DNA of 63,528 nt, the filler included, from Vannella sp. (taxonomy: Eukaryota), in NCBI GenBank assembly GCA_023345925.1. It is 7 parts of 7 records of this genome, joined end to end, with 100 filler letters (N's around TTAATTAATTAA, not from the genome) between each part and the next. Parts side by side here need not be neighbours in the genome. Positions count along the whole stretch, not along the records: positions 21,508 to 38,157 come from JAJQQN010000546.1; 6 more parts are not named here. The stretch is one strand, 5' to 3'. The translations under genes and the position numbers were made by a program. The notes under the pieces are model-generated. The model was given only the letters and a program-made list of their open reading frames with translations. It ran no database searches and had not been told where the DNA came from. This document shows positions 23,377 to 34,500 of the stretch, one piece after another. Positions within the stretch are counted from its first letter, which is position 1, and each line of letters starts with the position of its first letter.

Positions 23377-24906
23377 ATGGCGGGAGGACTTTTTGCTCCA
23401 TTTAGAAGAGGGCGCTGCTCTGTTGCTGGTTTGTGGAGCAAGAGGAGCGTCAAAGAGATCTTTGAGGCATCTGAACCGGTTGGTGAAAGAGAGAATGGCG
23501 AGTCTGTGCTTCCGAACCAACTCAAAGCCTTTGGATGGGTCCAGACTGTTCGCCACTCGAAGGCTTGCAGCTTCCTGGAGCTGAACGATGGAAGCACGTA
23601 CCATAACCTCCAGGTGGTTATCGATCACGATAAGATGACGAAGGAGCAGAAGCAACAGCTCCTCACCGGCTCTGCAGTGGAAGTGAGCGGTCAATCTGTC
23701 TTCTTTGAGCAAAAGAAGACTGGAAAGCGCTTACCAGAGCTTCATTGTCAATCATTGGTGGTAACTGGCGCAAGTGACGAAGGCTACCCCCTCCAGAAGA
23801 AGTACCATTCACGAGAGTTCCTTCGGGAGATTCCCCATCTTCGCCCTCGAAGCCGTCGCTTCGCTGCCATCATGCGGACAAGGAGCCGTGCATCCCTTGC
23901 TCTTCAACAGTACATGCAGAAGGAAGGATTCTCCCAGATCCACACCCCGATCATCACTTCAAGTGATTGCGAAGGATCGGGCGATCTCTTCGCCATAAGC
24001 GCAGGCAAGGACAAAGAGAAGCTCTTCTTTAACAAGCCAGCCTACTTAGGTGTCTCAGGACAGCTCCATCTGGAGGCATTTGCATGCTCCATGAGCAAAG
24101 TGTTCACTTTCGGTCCTACTTTTCGTGCAGAGCAGTCCCAGACCCCGCAGCACCTCTCAGAGTTCTGGATGCTCGAGCCTGAACTAGTAAATGCGTCATT
24201 GAGTGACTGCGTGGACCTCACAAGGAACCTTATTGTGAATGCCACTCGCTCGGTGATGGAAAACTCTTCTGGCGACTTGGACTTCCTCTTGGAAGGATCC
24301 ATTGACGAGTACCAACGAAGAATGAAGCAAAGCACTGATTCAGGAGGGCCCACAAGCTACGCTGATACTCTGGCGCCCTCGGAACGGACTATTCAGCATC
24401 TGACTTCGCCAGAGTCCTATCAAGTTATCACTTATGATGAAGCCATGTCCCTTCTATCGAAGCACTCTTCTGCGCTCTCTACACCAGTAGATTACCAGGA
24501 GGGACCGACCAGGGAACAGGAATTGTATTTGGTCCATAACATCTTTGAGGGTAAGCCAGTCTTCGTTTTACATTATCCTCGCACCCAAAAGGCCTTCTAT
24601 ATGAAAAGGTCACAAGGAAATTGTGGAACAGCGGCTTGTATGGACCTTTTAGTACCAATTGTTGGCGAAGTTGCTGGAGGAAGTGAGAGAGAGGACTCTC
24701 TTGAAGTACTGATCCAGAATATGCAAGAAAAGGGAATGGGAGATACTCAAGAATACGATTGGTATCTGGACCTCCGTCGATATGGTTCAGTCCCACATGC
24801 GGGATTCGGTCTGGGCTTTGAAAGATATTTGCAGCTTATCACCGGAACCAGGAACATTCGAGATGTTGTAGCGATGCCACGGGCCTATCAGCACTGCCAA
24901 CTTTAA
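23377..24906 (+). CDS. NARS2: Asparagine-tRNA ligase, mitochondrial/bacterial type
   Basis: GWV.TVR..FLELNDGS OB-fold, YPLQKK..EFLREIPHLRPR, TPIITSSDCEG, VSGQLHLE, FGPTFRAE..HLSEFWMLEPE, WYLDLRRYGSVPHAGFGLGFER. Arg-rich presequence-like N-terminus. Confidence 0.93.
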   Translation: MAGGLFAPFRRGRCSVAGLWSKRSVKEIFEASEPVGERENGESVLPNQLKAFGWVQTVRHSKACSFLELNDGSTYHNLQVVIDHDKMTKEQKQQLLTGSAVEVSGQSVFFEQKKTGKRLPELHCQSLVVTGASDEGYPLQKKYHSREFLREIPHLRPRSRRFAAIMRTRSRASLALQQYMQKEGFSQIHTPIITSSDCEGSGDLFAISAGKDKEKLFFNKPAYLGVSGQLHLEAFACSMSKVFTFGPTFRAEQSQTPQHLSEFWMLEPELVNASLSDCVDLTRNLIVNATRSVMENSSGDLDFLLEGSIDEYQRRMKQSTDSGGPTSYADTLAPSERTIQHLTSPESYQVITYDEAMSLLSKHSSALSTPVDYQEGPTREQELYLVHNIFEGKPVFVLHYPRTQKAFYMKRSQGNCGTAACMDLLVPIVGEVAGGSEREDSLEVLIQNMQEKGMGDTQEYDWYLDLRRYGSVPHAGFGLGFERYLQLITGTRNIRDVVAMPRAYQHCQL

Positions 24907-25079
24907 TTCTCAGAGCCTTCTCTCGCGTTTCCCGTTTGGAGATTCCCGTTCCAAGACATTGAAGGCGAATATACAGCCGGACTTTCATCTTCTAGTCTGT
25001 TTAGGTGGATAGTGGTTCAAGGAGATCTGCCAGACTAATGAAACACAGAACGCAGCTTTATGTCTCATTTACTCGAGAG

Positions 25080-27758
25080 TTAGTGCATGGGAGGAGAACG
25101 ACCAGTGATACTTTGATGATCCTTTCCAGGGTTGTTCATCATATCCACTCCCCCGAAGAGGCCAACGATAGTGTGGCGCAAAGAGCGCTTTTCCGCCTGG
25201 GTGGTTCTTAGCCCGGCTGGTTTAGGTTCAGAAGCACCGCCTTGTCTTGCGACAAGGACTGCCGCAACAACGACTGCCGCAACCACAATTCCAGCCAATC
25301 CGAGAAGAACAATGCCTCCACCGACTGTGCCTATTACGATACCTGCGATAGATCCTCCACTCAATCCGCCGGCTCCTCCTCCGGCCGATCCTGCCCCTGC
25401 AATGGCGGCTTCTCCAATACTGGAAGCTCCGGTGACCTCTGGTCGAATCAAAACAGATGCAGGGAGTCCAGCTTGCAACGCTCCTTGGCTTCCTGTAACG
25501 ACTCCAGTTGAAGATATTCCCAGAGCCGCTCCCTCTGGACCAGCAGCGGCACTGGAAAACGCCTCGACAATCGCCTGGGCTGGAACTCCAGTTGATTGAA
25601 CCACGAACGAGAATCCGCTGACCAGACTTTTTGTATGGGCAGCGCCCTTGCAGTAGGCATTCTGTCTAGAAGGGCGGACTTGGATGTTTGTTGTGGAAGG
25701 ATCTGACTTGGTCAAGGAGAAGAACATAGCCAGCCAATCATCATCATTGATGCAAACACTTAGAGTTACTGTCAGAGTTGCTGAGGTGCTCAATTTTAGA
25801 TTAGAGATGGTTGGCCGTGGTTCGCTTTGGGAAGAAACCCAAAATGACATAGTTCCCAGCTTTGGGAAGTAACTTCCAATAGTGTTCGCAGTGTACTCGT
25901 TTGTTGCACCATTAGAATCAAACTTAAGGCTGAGAAGGATTTTTCCGTTGCTGTCGTCCCATCCCATTGAGAATGTGACTTCCAAACCGTTTGCTGAAGG
26001 AAACGGGATAGTTCCCAGGGGAGTATCACAAACGCTGATCCCATTCAGAATCACACAGAATTCAAGGGATGCAACCATTCCGTCAAGATTGCTGAGGACC
26101 CATTGCAATCGATCGGTGGAACGTTTAGAGCCTGCTTGCCCAGTTCGGGAAGCAAAAGCTACACTCCCAGATGATGCCTTGATCATAAACGTCTCAGAAG
26201 TTGTGTACTTGTCCACAACATCCCCAGACTTGTCCCAATTGATGAGAAAGTCTCCGTTCTGGTTCGTGGAGAGAAACTGTCCTTCAACGCTCAAGCCAAC
26301 AGGAGAAACAGGCGAAAGTTGAGTAAAATCCAGCGCGTAGTCAGGAACTCCAGTTGCGGCCTTATCGGTAATACACTCGCCGCTAGCAGTGTCTTTAGTA
26401 CCCAGTGGGCAAGAGCACAAGTTCGAGGAGCAAACCTTTCCGCTAGAGCAGGTGCCACAACTGTACAATATCCCACAGACCAGGGCGTTTCCACAGTCGA
26501 AACCCGTTGAGGCACACTGTTGCTGCTCGTCACACGGTTCAGAAAACTCTGCTGATGTAGCCGAACTGGTACCGGAGATGGGAGAAATGGATGGGGCCTC
26601 AGTTGGGCTCGTGGTGGGAGGGTTGATTTTACCCGCTGGAAGGTTTGAAGGGGCAATTGAGCACCGAGATTGAGCGTCGCACACTTGATCCGCTCCACAA
26701 GTGCCGCATACTCCTCCGCATCCATCAGGTCCGCAACTCTTTCCGTAGCAATCATAAGTGGCACATGAAGTAGCCAAGCCTCGGCTTGTTGTTAGAGTGA
26801 ATCTTGGGCTTTTGGAATTCAGTAAGTACCCGCGCATTCGAGCTACTTGGTTCTTTGTAAAGTATTGCATACAAGAGTCATAGTTGTACTCCATCACATT
26901 GCGAAGCATCACCGTATTTCCACATCGGACGAATCCGGTTGTGCTGTCTTGAATGTTGCAGGGATTTGAGGTAGAAATCCAATTGTAGGCAAGTTCGTCT
27001 GTCTTGGGGGTGTCAGCAATCCCATCTCCAACACCGGCACACGAATCTCCCTCGAAAGTGTGGTGAAGTCCCAACCAATGACCAGTCTCATGTGCCAAGA
27101 TATTTCCCGCAATCTCGGGATCTCCTAAGTAGGTGTAGTCCAGTACACAGCCATCTTCAGCAAATGGGATAGTAGAAGGCATGTAAGCTAATCCTGCGGA
27201 TCCGTCGTTGATCCGGCAAGTGTAAATGTTAAAATACTTGCTCGAATCCCAGATGTTATCTCCTCCTCGGGCCGTGAAGAATGGGGTGTCACTATCGCAA
27301 GATTCTGCAACTTTGCTTGTGACATAACGCACTCCGTCAAAGGGTTTCCCGAGTGGGTCTTTTGCTGCCAACTCGAATCTGATGTTGAAATCTCCGGCCA
27401 CGGCCACAACAGAGGAGAACATGTCGGAGGTATTGTGATGCAGGTTTCTACCAGAAAACCAATCATTCAACCAACCCATCTCTTTAAGGATGGTTTCCCT
27501 GCTAACTCGGTTGGCTGCACTATCAGTTAGGACGTGCCACACTACTGGTATCCGCAGCACTGTAGTTGCTCTCTCAAATAGGTTTCCGTTGTTAGTTACT
27601 TCCTCAGCCAGGCGTTCGATGGCTTCTGAATGCTCCAGAAACCAGGTGGATTGTTTTAGACGATCCGTACCACACTTGGAAGGAGGTCGAAGCCCTGCTG
27701 CATGCGCAAGTGATGTTGTCACCAAAAGAGAAAGTAAAAGAACAATCAATGAACGCAT
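25080..27758 (-). CDS. Membrane-anchored M43 (pappalysin/ulilysin-like) zinc metalloprotease 1
   Basis: Signal peptide from ATG 27758, prodomain KCG, IPVVWHV, HETGHWLGLHHTF (HExxHxxGxxH), DGIADTP, Met-turn NVMEY, Cys-rich CGPDGCGGVCG modules, C-terminal Gly-rich TM and tail. Intronless. Confidence 0.92.
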   Translation of the reverse strand: MRSLIVLLLSLLVTTSLAHAAGLRPPSKCGTDRLKQSTWFLEHSEAIERLAEEVTNNGNLFERATTVLRIPVVWHVLTDSAANRVSRETILKEMGWLNDWFSGRNLHHNTSDMFSSVVAVAGDFNIRFELAAKDPLGKPFDGVRYVTSKVAESCDSDTPFFTARGGDNIWDSSKYFNIYTCRINDGSAGLAYMPSTIPFAEDGCVLDYTYLGDPEIAGNILAHETGHWLGLHHTFEGDSCAGVGDGIADTPKTDELAYNWISTSNPCNIQDSTTGFVRCGNTVMLRNVMEYNYDSCMQYFTKNQVARMRGYLLNSKSPRFTLTTSRGLATSCATYDCYGKSCGPDGCGGVCGTCGADQVCDAQSRCSIAPSNLPAGKINPPTTSPTEAPSISPISGTSSATSAEFSEPCDEQQQCASTGFDCGNALVCGILYSCGTCSSGKVCSSNLCSCPLGTKDTASGECITDKAATGVPDYALDFTQLSPVSPVGLSVEGQFLSTNQNGDFLINWDKSGDVVDKYTTSETFMIKASSGSVAFASRTGQAGSKRSTDRLQWVLSNLDGMVASLEFCVILNGISVCDTPLGTIPFPSANGLEVTFSMGWDDSNGKILLSLKFDSNGATNEYTANTIGSYFPKLGTMSFWVSSQSEPRPTISNLKLSTSATLTVTLSVCINDDDWLAMFFSLTKSDPSTTNIQVRPSRQNAYCKGAAHTKSLVSGFSFVVQSTGVPAQAIVEAFSSAAAGPEGAALGISSTGVVTGSQGALQAGLPASVLIRPEVTGASSIGEAAIAGAGSAGGGAGGLSGGSIAGIVIGTVGGGIVLLGLAGIVVAAVVVAAVLVARQGGASEPKPAGLRTTQAEKRSLRHTIVGLFGGVDMMNNPGKDHQSITGRSPPMH

Positions 27759-27965
27759 CGACTGCCAAGAAAGAATTGAACAGACATAAGCTATCGATTG
27801 GAGTGTTTCCCCAATCACGGACCGTTCAAGGAATGCTCCGTGAAGTCACGTGACGGAAAGTTCTTTTTTTGGTCCGGAACGCCACGGACTATTCCTTGAA
27901 TGGTCCGTGGCGTTGGAACTACCTCTTTTTGTTTCTCCTTCTCGCACAACTTTTCTTTCCTCAAG
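27759..27965. promoter_or_regulatory. 207-bp bidirectional promoter of the M43 pair
   Basis: Divergent ATGs. Dyads CGGA-N3-TTC-N3-GAA-N3-TCCG at 27818-27840 and 27885-27907, degenerate copy at 27854-27876, and palindromic E-box GTCACGTGAC at 27845-27854. Confidence 0.75.
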
Positions 27966-30683
27966 ATGAACAGTGCTCTTCTGTGCTTCCTTTCCCTGCT
28001 GGTGGTCTCAGTATTTACTTTGGATGAGGAACGGATCCCTCTGCACTCCAAGTGCGGGCATGATCTCCTCAAGCAAACGCCTTGGTTTAAAGATCATGAG
28101 GAGGACATCCAGCGTTTGGTAGAGAATGTGGCTGCTAATGTACACCTCAACCAAAGAGATAACCCGGTATTGCGAATTCCAGTGGTGTGGCACGTTCTCA
28201 CTGACAGTGCTACCAACCGCCTAAGCCGAGAAAAGATCGTGGCAGAAATGACGTACTTGAATCAGTGGTTCTCAGCTAAGAACACGAATTTCAATACCGG
28301 GGACCAGTTCTCCGCCGTTGTGGCTCGGGCGGAGGACCTTAATATCCGCTTCGAGCTTGCCTCCAAGGACCCTTTGGGTAACCCAACTGACGGCATTCGT
28401 TATGTTACCTCCAATATTGCTGAATTGTGCTCTCTTGGAAATACCTCCAACTTTTACACTTCTAGAGGAGGAGACGACATCTGGGACTCGCGGAAGTACT
28501 ACAATGTGTACACTTGCAAGATCGCAGGTGGTGTCATTGGGTACGCCTACTATCCAGGTGCCGGTAAAGGTTATGACGGGTGCGTGATGGACTATCGATA
28601 CATGGGAGACTTGTCACACACCGGAGACATCTTTGCTCACGAAACTGGACACTGGCTCGGACTAGCTCATACGTTTGATGGCGAATCTTGCGCCAAAGAC
28701 GATGGTATTGAGGACACCCCAAACACGGACCAATCTGCCTACGCATGGCCAGGAGCAGATTTGTGCAACTCGCAAGACAGCAAAACGTCTTTCGTGCGCT
28801 GTGGAGTTACGTCGATGGTCCGCAATGTGATGGATTACAATGAGCCTTATTGTAAATCCTACTTCTCAAAGGGACAAGCTGCTCGAATGCGCGGATACTT
28901 GTTGAATCCTTCTTCTCCCAGATCCACCTTGAACTTCAGTCCAGGATTGACTCCTTCCTGTCCAACTTTCAACTGCCTCAACAAGGCATGCGGTCCCGAT
29001 GGATGTGGAGGGGTTTGCGGTCTCTGCCCCACGACAAAGGAATGTGACAGCAGCTTCCTTTGCTCGACGCCACTGATCCCAGTTTCAACCAGTTCCAGTC
29101 CCTTGGCCCCACCTCCCTCAAAGAGCGGTGCACCTTCAATCTCTGCATCGTCTGGAGCTTCCACTTCGTCTACCGGTTCAATCTCTCCTGCGGCTTCGAT
29201 TTCAAACTCTCCTTCTCCTTCTGCTAAATGCAATGAGGTTCAGCAGTGTGCAGCCAAAGGATTCGATTGTGGAAGCTCACTTATTTGCGGAATCACCTTC
29301 AGCTGTGGAACATGCGTTTCAGGAAAAGTCTGCTCTTCCAACAAATGTTCTTGTCCTCTTGGTACAACAATCACCAACGGGCAGTGCGTCACCAACAATG
29401 TGCCAACAGGGGTTCCAAACTACGCATTGGACTTCAGCCAATTATCTCCCGCTGCTTCAGTAGGATACATGGTCACTGGACAGTCTCTTTCTATGAATCA
29501 GAGCGGAACAGTCCTCATTAATTGGGACAAATCGGCTGCTGTCGTGGACAAGTACACAACTTCAATGACTTTTAATGTTAAGGCGGATGCTGGAACCACC
29601 TTAGGATTTGCATGCAGGACTGGCCAAGGTTCCGGCCGTTCCTTAGATAGATTGCAATGGAGATTTACCAACTTGGATGGAACCAACGCACAACTCACTT
29701 TTGGCATCGTTATGAACGGAATATCAATTTACGGAAATAGCATGGGAGTCGTACCGTTTCCTTCTGCAGCTGGTGTTGATGTAACTTTCACAATGGGATG
29801 GGACGATAGCAATGGATCTATTCTTCACGGCCTGAAATTCATTGCAAACGGAACACCATATTCTTACTCTGGAATTGCATCCGGAAGTAAATACCCTGCG
29901 CTTGGTACCATGTCCTTCTTCTTTACCTCCCCTGGGCCTCCTAAGGTCCTGATGCTCACCAATTTGAAGTTGGCCACTTCTGCGACTCTGACAGTGACCC
30001 TGAGCGTTTGCATCAACGATGAGGATTGGAAGGCAATGTTCTTCTCCTTGACAAAGGCAAATCCGGCCACAACCGTCGTCCAAGTCCGGCCCTCCCAGCA
30101 GAATGCTAACTGCAAGGGAGCAGCACATTCGAAAGGTCTCACCAGCGGATTCGCATTTGTTGTTGAATCAATTGGCGTTCCAGCACAGGCTATTGCAGAG
30201 GCATTTGCCAGTTCTTCTGCTGGCCCAGAAGGAGTGGCAATGGGGATCTCTTCAACAGGCGTCGTTGCAGGAAGCCAAGGAGCGTTGCAAGCCGGTCTAC
30301 CATCATCTACTTTAATCGGCCCAGAAGTCTCAGGGGCTACCATTATTGGTGAAGCTGCCATCGCAGGAGCTGCTGGAGGAGGAGGAGGAGCAGGAGGATT
30401 GAGCGCCGGATCTATTGCTGGCATCGTCATTGGTTCTGTTGGAGGAGGTATTCTGGTTCTTGGATTTACTGGAGCAGTAGTTGCTGCTGTGGTTGTCGCT
30501 GCAGTGGTCGTGGCTCGAACAGGTAATTCAGAGGATACTACATCCCCGCAACCAATCCATAATCCAACTGATAAGCGTACTTTGCGGAAGACAATCGTTG
30601 GCATTTTTGGCGGGGTTGACATGATGAACAACCCCGAAAAGAACCATCAGAGTATTACCGGAAGAGCTCCTCCAATGAATTAA
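27966..30683 (+). CDS. Membrane-anchored M43 zinc metalloprotease 2 (paralog of 25080-27758)
   Basis: Same architecture and collinear along the full length: HETGHWLGLAHTF, NVMDY, CGPDGCGGVCG, TM, tail GGVDMMNNP..HQSITGR. Start at ATG 27966 (MNSALLC). Confidence 0.92.
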   Translation: MNSALLCFLSLLVVSVFTLDEERIPLHSKCGHDLLKQTPWFKDHEEDIQRLVENVAANVHLNQRDNPVLRIPVVWHVLTDSATNRLSREKIVAEMTYLNQWFSAKNTNFNTGDQFSAVVARAEDLNIRFELASKDPLGNPTDGIRYVTSNIAELCSLGNTSNFYTSRGGDDIWDSRKYYNVYTCKIAGGVIGYAYYPGAGKGYDGCVMDYRYMGDLSHTGDIFAHETGHWLGLAHTFDGESCAKDDGIEDTPNTDQSAYAWPGADLCNSQDSKTSFVRCGVTSMVRNVMDYNEPYCKSYFSKGQAARMRGYLLNPSSPRSTLNFSPGLTPSCPTFNCLNKACGPDGCGGVCGLCPTTKECDSSFLCSTPLIPVSTSSSPLAPPPSKSGAPSISASSGASTSSTGSISPAASISNSPSPSAKCNEVQQCAAKGFDCGSSLICGITFSCGTCVSGKVCSSNKCSCPLGTTITNGQCVTNNVPTGVPNYALDFSQLSPAASVGYMVTGQSLSMNQSGTVLINWDKSAAVVDKYTTSMTFNVKADAGTTLGFACRTGQGSGRSLDRLQWRFTNLDGTNAQLTFGIVMNGISIYGNSMGVVPFPSAAGVDVTFTMGWDDSNGSILHGLKFIANGTPYSYSGIASGSKYPALGTMSFFFTSPGPPKVLMLTNLKLATSATLTVTLSVCINDEDWKAMFFSLTKANPATTVVQVRPSQQNANCKGAAHSKGLTSGFAFVVESIGVPAQAIAEAFASSSAGPEGVAMGISSTGVVAGSQGALQAGLPSSTLIGPEVSGATIIGEAAIAGAAGGGGGAGGLSAGSIAGIVIGSVGGGILVLGFTGAVVAAVVVAAVVVARTGNSEDTTSPQPIHNPTDKRTLRKTIVGIFGGVDMMNNPEKNHQSITGRAPPMN

Positions 30684-31503
30684 TACAACTGTTTTTCGTA
30701 TGCATCACAATTTCATCAAAGGTATTTGGGACAGTCGGACATGTTGCAATCTTTGTCACTAAGATTCTTGACTTAATGGAGTTTGAAAGAAATGAACAAC
30801 ACGCCTTTTGCCATTTTCTGTGGCTCATCAGAAGATCCTGGGAGATACCTTCAGTTTGCAGGATCTGAATGAAGTGCTGAGATACCAGGAAAGTGCCAAG
30901 TCACGCATCTTTGCTTCATTATCACCTTGTTCTTGGTAGGCAGATTGCTGCATTCCCCGAGTAGATTTCCTCAGACTTCTTTTCTTCTCTGAGGTCGCTC
31001 ATTAGAATAATCGTTTCAAGAAACTAACAGCTCCTTTCAAACAGCTTGCATTATGACTTTTTGTTGACTCTTGGTGGCATTTCCCAGATGGACCTCTTTC
31101 GAGCCCAACGAGAAGTGATCAATTCTCGGTGGTTTCCTTCCAATTTATAAGGTTCTGGTGATCAGAACGAGGTGTCTGTAGTAGCAACAGGAGGAGAATT
31201 GTGTGGTGTTCAAAATATGAACTTCTTTAGGTGTTCTGTAGCGCAGGAAAGGTGTACCATGAAGAAATCTTGTTTCCATGACCTGATGTGCTCCCCTTCC
31301 CGAGTGCCTAAGTGACAGCAGTTCCCAATGTTTCAAAAGGATTCCGGTTTGCGTGAGCTGAAAGTTGCGTCTTCGAACCTCACCTCTTTCCTGGAGATTT
31401 CTGCCTGGTAAGCTAAACCTTGCTATTCTTGCCTTTTCTCTTTCCAAAGGTGCTTTTCATTTGCACGTGCCGGGAATTGGCTTCAACTGAAAATCAATCA
31501 TAT

Positions 31504-34500
31504 TCACTCGTTGCAATCGAATGTTGGTGTTCGGAAACAGAGACTGACTTTAGAGATAGTCTTTATTTCCTTCCAGAGTTCGTTCGATGAACTGATTGAA
31601 TCGATAATGCTTCGGCTAGTCTGACAAAGGTTTTGATCTTCTTCCTCCTTGCCCAACAAGAGAAGAGCAAAGCTTGTGAGATGATCCGTTTCACCGCACA
31701 GCAGATTCTGCCAATCGGCATGATCTGCACCTTTGGAGTTGATGGTGGTGAGGCACTTGTCTTCGCACTTCCATTTGTCGCTGCTTGGGTCATAGAAACT
31801 CAGGCATACCTTCTCGTTTTTCTTGGTGTCGTTGGAAAGGGCCAAGCAGATGGTCAACGGAGAGAGCAGTTGGGAGATGGATTTGCCCACTTCCTGGAGA
31901 GTGATATTCACGACAACGCTTCTCAGTACTTGGTTGTTATAAGATCCACGCGATCCATTCCACCCAGAGTACGTTGTGGTCAAAGTTGCGTTTTTCAGTT
32001 TCTCCCAGTCCTCAGGAATCACAAGGCCTCCAAGAAGTTCCTCAGCAGGAAACCCTGGTAGGTCCACTAATCGATCAGAAGAAGAGTCCACTACTTGCAA
32101 AGAGAGCGTGAATCTGTCAATGGAGTGCAGTATGGCTGCACTAGCAGATACAGTTTCTGCTAGACTCTCGGAATTGGCCACCCTGAGAGATTGCCGAGTC
32201 GGTAACTCTGCCAACGGGGTATCTTTGACCATACTCATCTCATTGGAAGATGTCAACGTTCTAGTGTCACTGGGAGATATCCCAGGATGGATAAGAGATT
32301 CTCTGACCTCAGTTGTACTGCTCAAGTACGAAGGAGATTCCGAAGCCTTTGAGGAATTAAAAATCGATGGGCTTGAAGCCTGAACCCCGGAGCTTGTTGG
32401 ACTAAGGCTCACGCTTAGAGTTGCACCAGGAGATCGAGACTGAGTTTCGGTCGAGTTGATTCGAGGTAGGGAAGGGAGAGAGGACATTGAAGAGCTTGTG
32501 AGTGTACCTGTATCCCCAGAGTTCATGGAAGCGATAGAAAAAGAATGACTTGGGGTAGAGGTTGTGATGATAGGGGAACTTGTGTAGGAGTTTGTTTCCC
32601 TAGAGGATAGGGTGTGGCTGAAAGAAGAGGAAGAGCTAGGAGTGATAGAAGCAGAATAACTAGAGGAAGCTGATGCAGCTCTGGAGTCAGTAAGAGAAGG
32701 TGTAGGGGAACGTGTCAGGGAGTTGGTTTCCCTAGTGCTGACACTGAGAGTAGCAGAAGAGGAATAGCTAGGAGTGACAGAAGCAGAATAACTGGGGGAA
32801 GTTGCAGGGGCTCTGGAGTCCGTAAGAGAAGGAGTTGGGGAACGTGTCGGGGAGCTGCTGACACTCAAAGTAGCAGAAGAAGAATAGCTGGTAGAGAGTG
32901 TGGAAGTTATGGTGGCGCTGGGAGACGGGGAACCATATCCGCAAACGCCTGAGGTTGAATTACAGATGGCGTTGGAATCGGTGAAACCAGGAGGAAGAAA
33001 AGAGCAGTTAAATGTCTGATTGGAGAGATCAACGAACGAGTAATTGTGAGAAAGCTCTGGTAAATCTCCACAAAGGCGGTTTCCCCCAAGGAAGAGAGTT
33101 ATTAAGGATGTAAAGTGATCCCATTTTGGAACGGTCCCTGTGATGGAGTTGTTCCGCGCGAATCTGGGAACAGTAAATCAGTTTCTTCTCCGATGTATAA
33201 GACAGAGATCTCTTCGATACTCACAAGTATCTCAAACTCGTCAAATTTGTCCAGTTTGGAAGAGTTCCGGAAATGTTGTTGTCGTCAATGATCCTGGATC
33301 CGTTTGTAAGTACGACTAAGGAGAGTGATGAAGAAACTCCGACATTTGCTCCAAACTCTCTAAGTTACGCCATTCTGGAAATGTTCCTGAGATAGAATTT
33401 GTCTCCAATCTCCTACAGAGAGTACTTGAGGAAAGTTACCAACTCAAAAAGATCCGAGTTACTCACATGTAGTATAAATGTCTATGCTTGGACCACTCAG
33501 GCAGGGAACCATTGATTTGATTGTTGTTCAATTTCCTGTTATAGATGAGATCTTCAATGCAGTAGTACCGTTTCAGGTATTCTTACATCTCGACGAGGTC
33601 GGGGCTGCCTTCCCATTCTGGAAGAGTTCCCTCAATTTGATTGTTTTCCAAATTTCTGAGGACTCTCGTCAGAAGGAAGGTTTCTTCTTGAGGGTACTGA
33701 CAGGTATCCAAGGAGAGTAAGATTAGACCAATCAGGAAGAGATCCGGTGATTCTGTTGTTGCCCAAGTCCCTGCAATAATTAATTAGTCTAAAGGATTGC
33801 TTTCTGCTTGCACTCACATTTCGAACAGATTTTTCTTGTTTGTCCATTGTGGAAGAGGGCCCTCAATCTGATTGTCATTCGAATATCTGCATTTGGGTGC
33901 TTAATGTCAAACATAAACTGTTGCTCCAAACTCACATTGTGTTGAGCTCGGACATGTTGAACCACTCCGGAATAGTTCCTGTAATATTGTTGCTTTGAGT
34001 TGATCTGAACAGATTTGTTACTCATCAGGGCATGCATTCACGGATAGGAAGTACTGACAATGATATCAGACGACTGAGATTGTCCCATTGAGGCAAAGAT
34101 CCAGAAATCTGATTTTGCCCCAAATCCCTAGCACAGATTACTTCTTCCTCTTCTTCAGACTCGGCTAGCTCAACTTACAGGTATGTTAGATTGTGAAGCG
34201 AAGGCCATTCAGGAATGCTCCCAGTGATGCGGTTGTTTGCCAAGCTCCTTCAATGAAAATGAGTAAAAGGATTATCAGAAGAATCTTCCTACAGAGAGAC
34301 GAGCGAAGAGAGTTTCAGATCAACAAGAGTTCCAGATAAGTTGTTAGAAGCCAAATAAAGGGCATACACACTGTTATTGCGACATACTACTCCAAACCAG
34401 GTTGAACAGGGCTCAGAGGTATCATTCCACTGGCCTACAGAGTTGCTCCAGAAAGCTCCACCTGTTGCGTTAAAAAACTCCAACAGCGAATTGATTTGTT

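Noticed and set aside
27825..27833. Heat-shock element interpretation of TTC..GAA
   Set aside because: HSEs have TTC-N2-GAA spacing; all four full copies here have N3.
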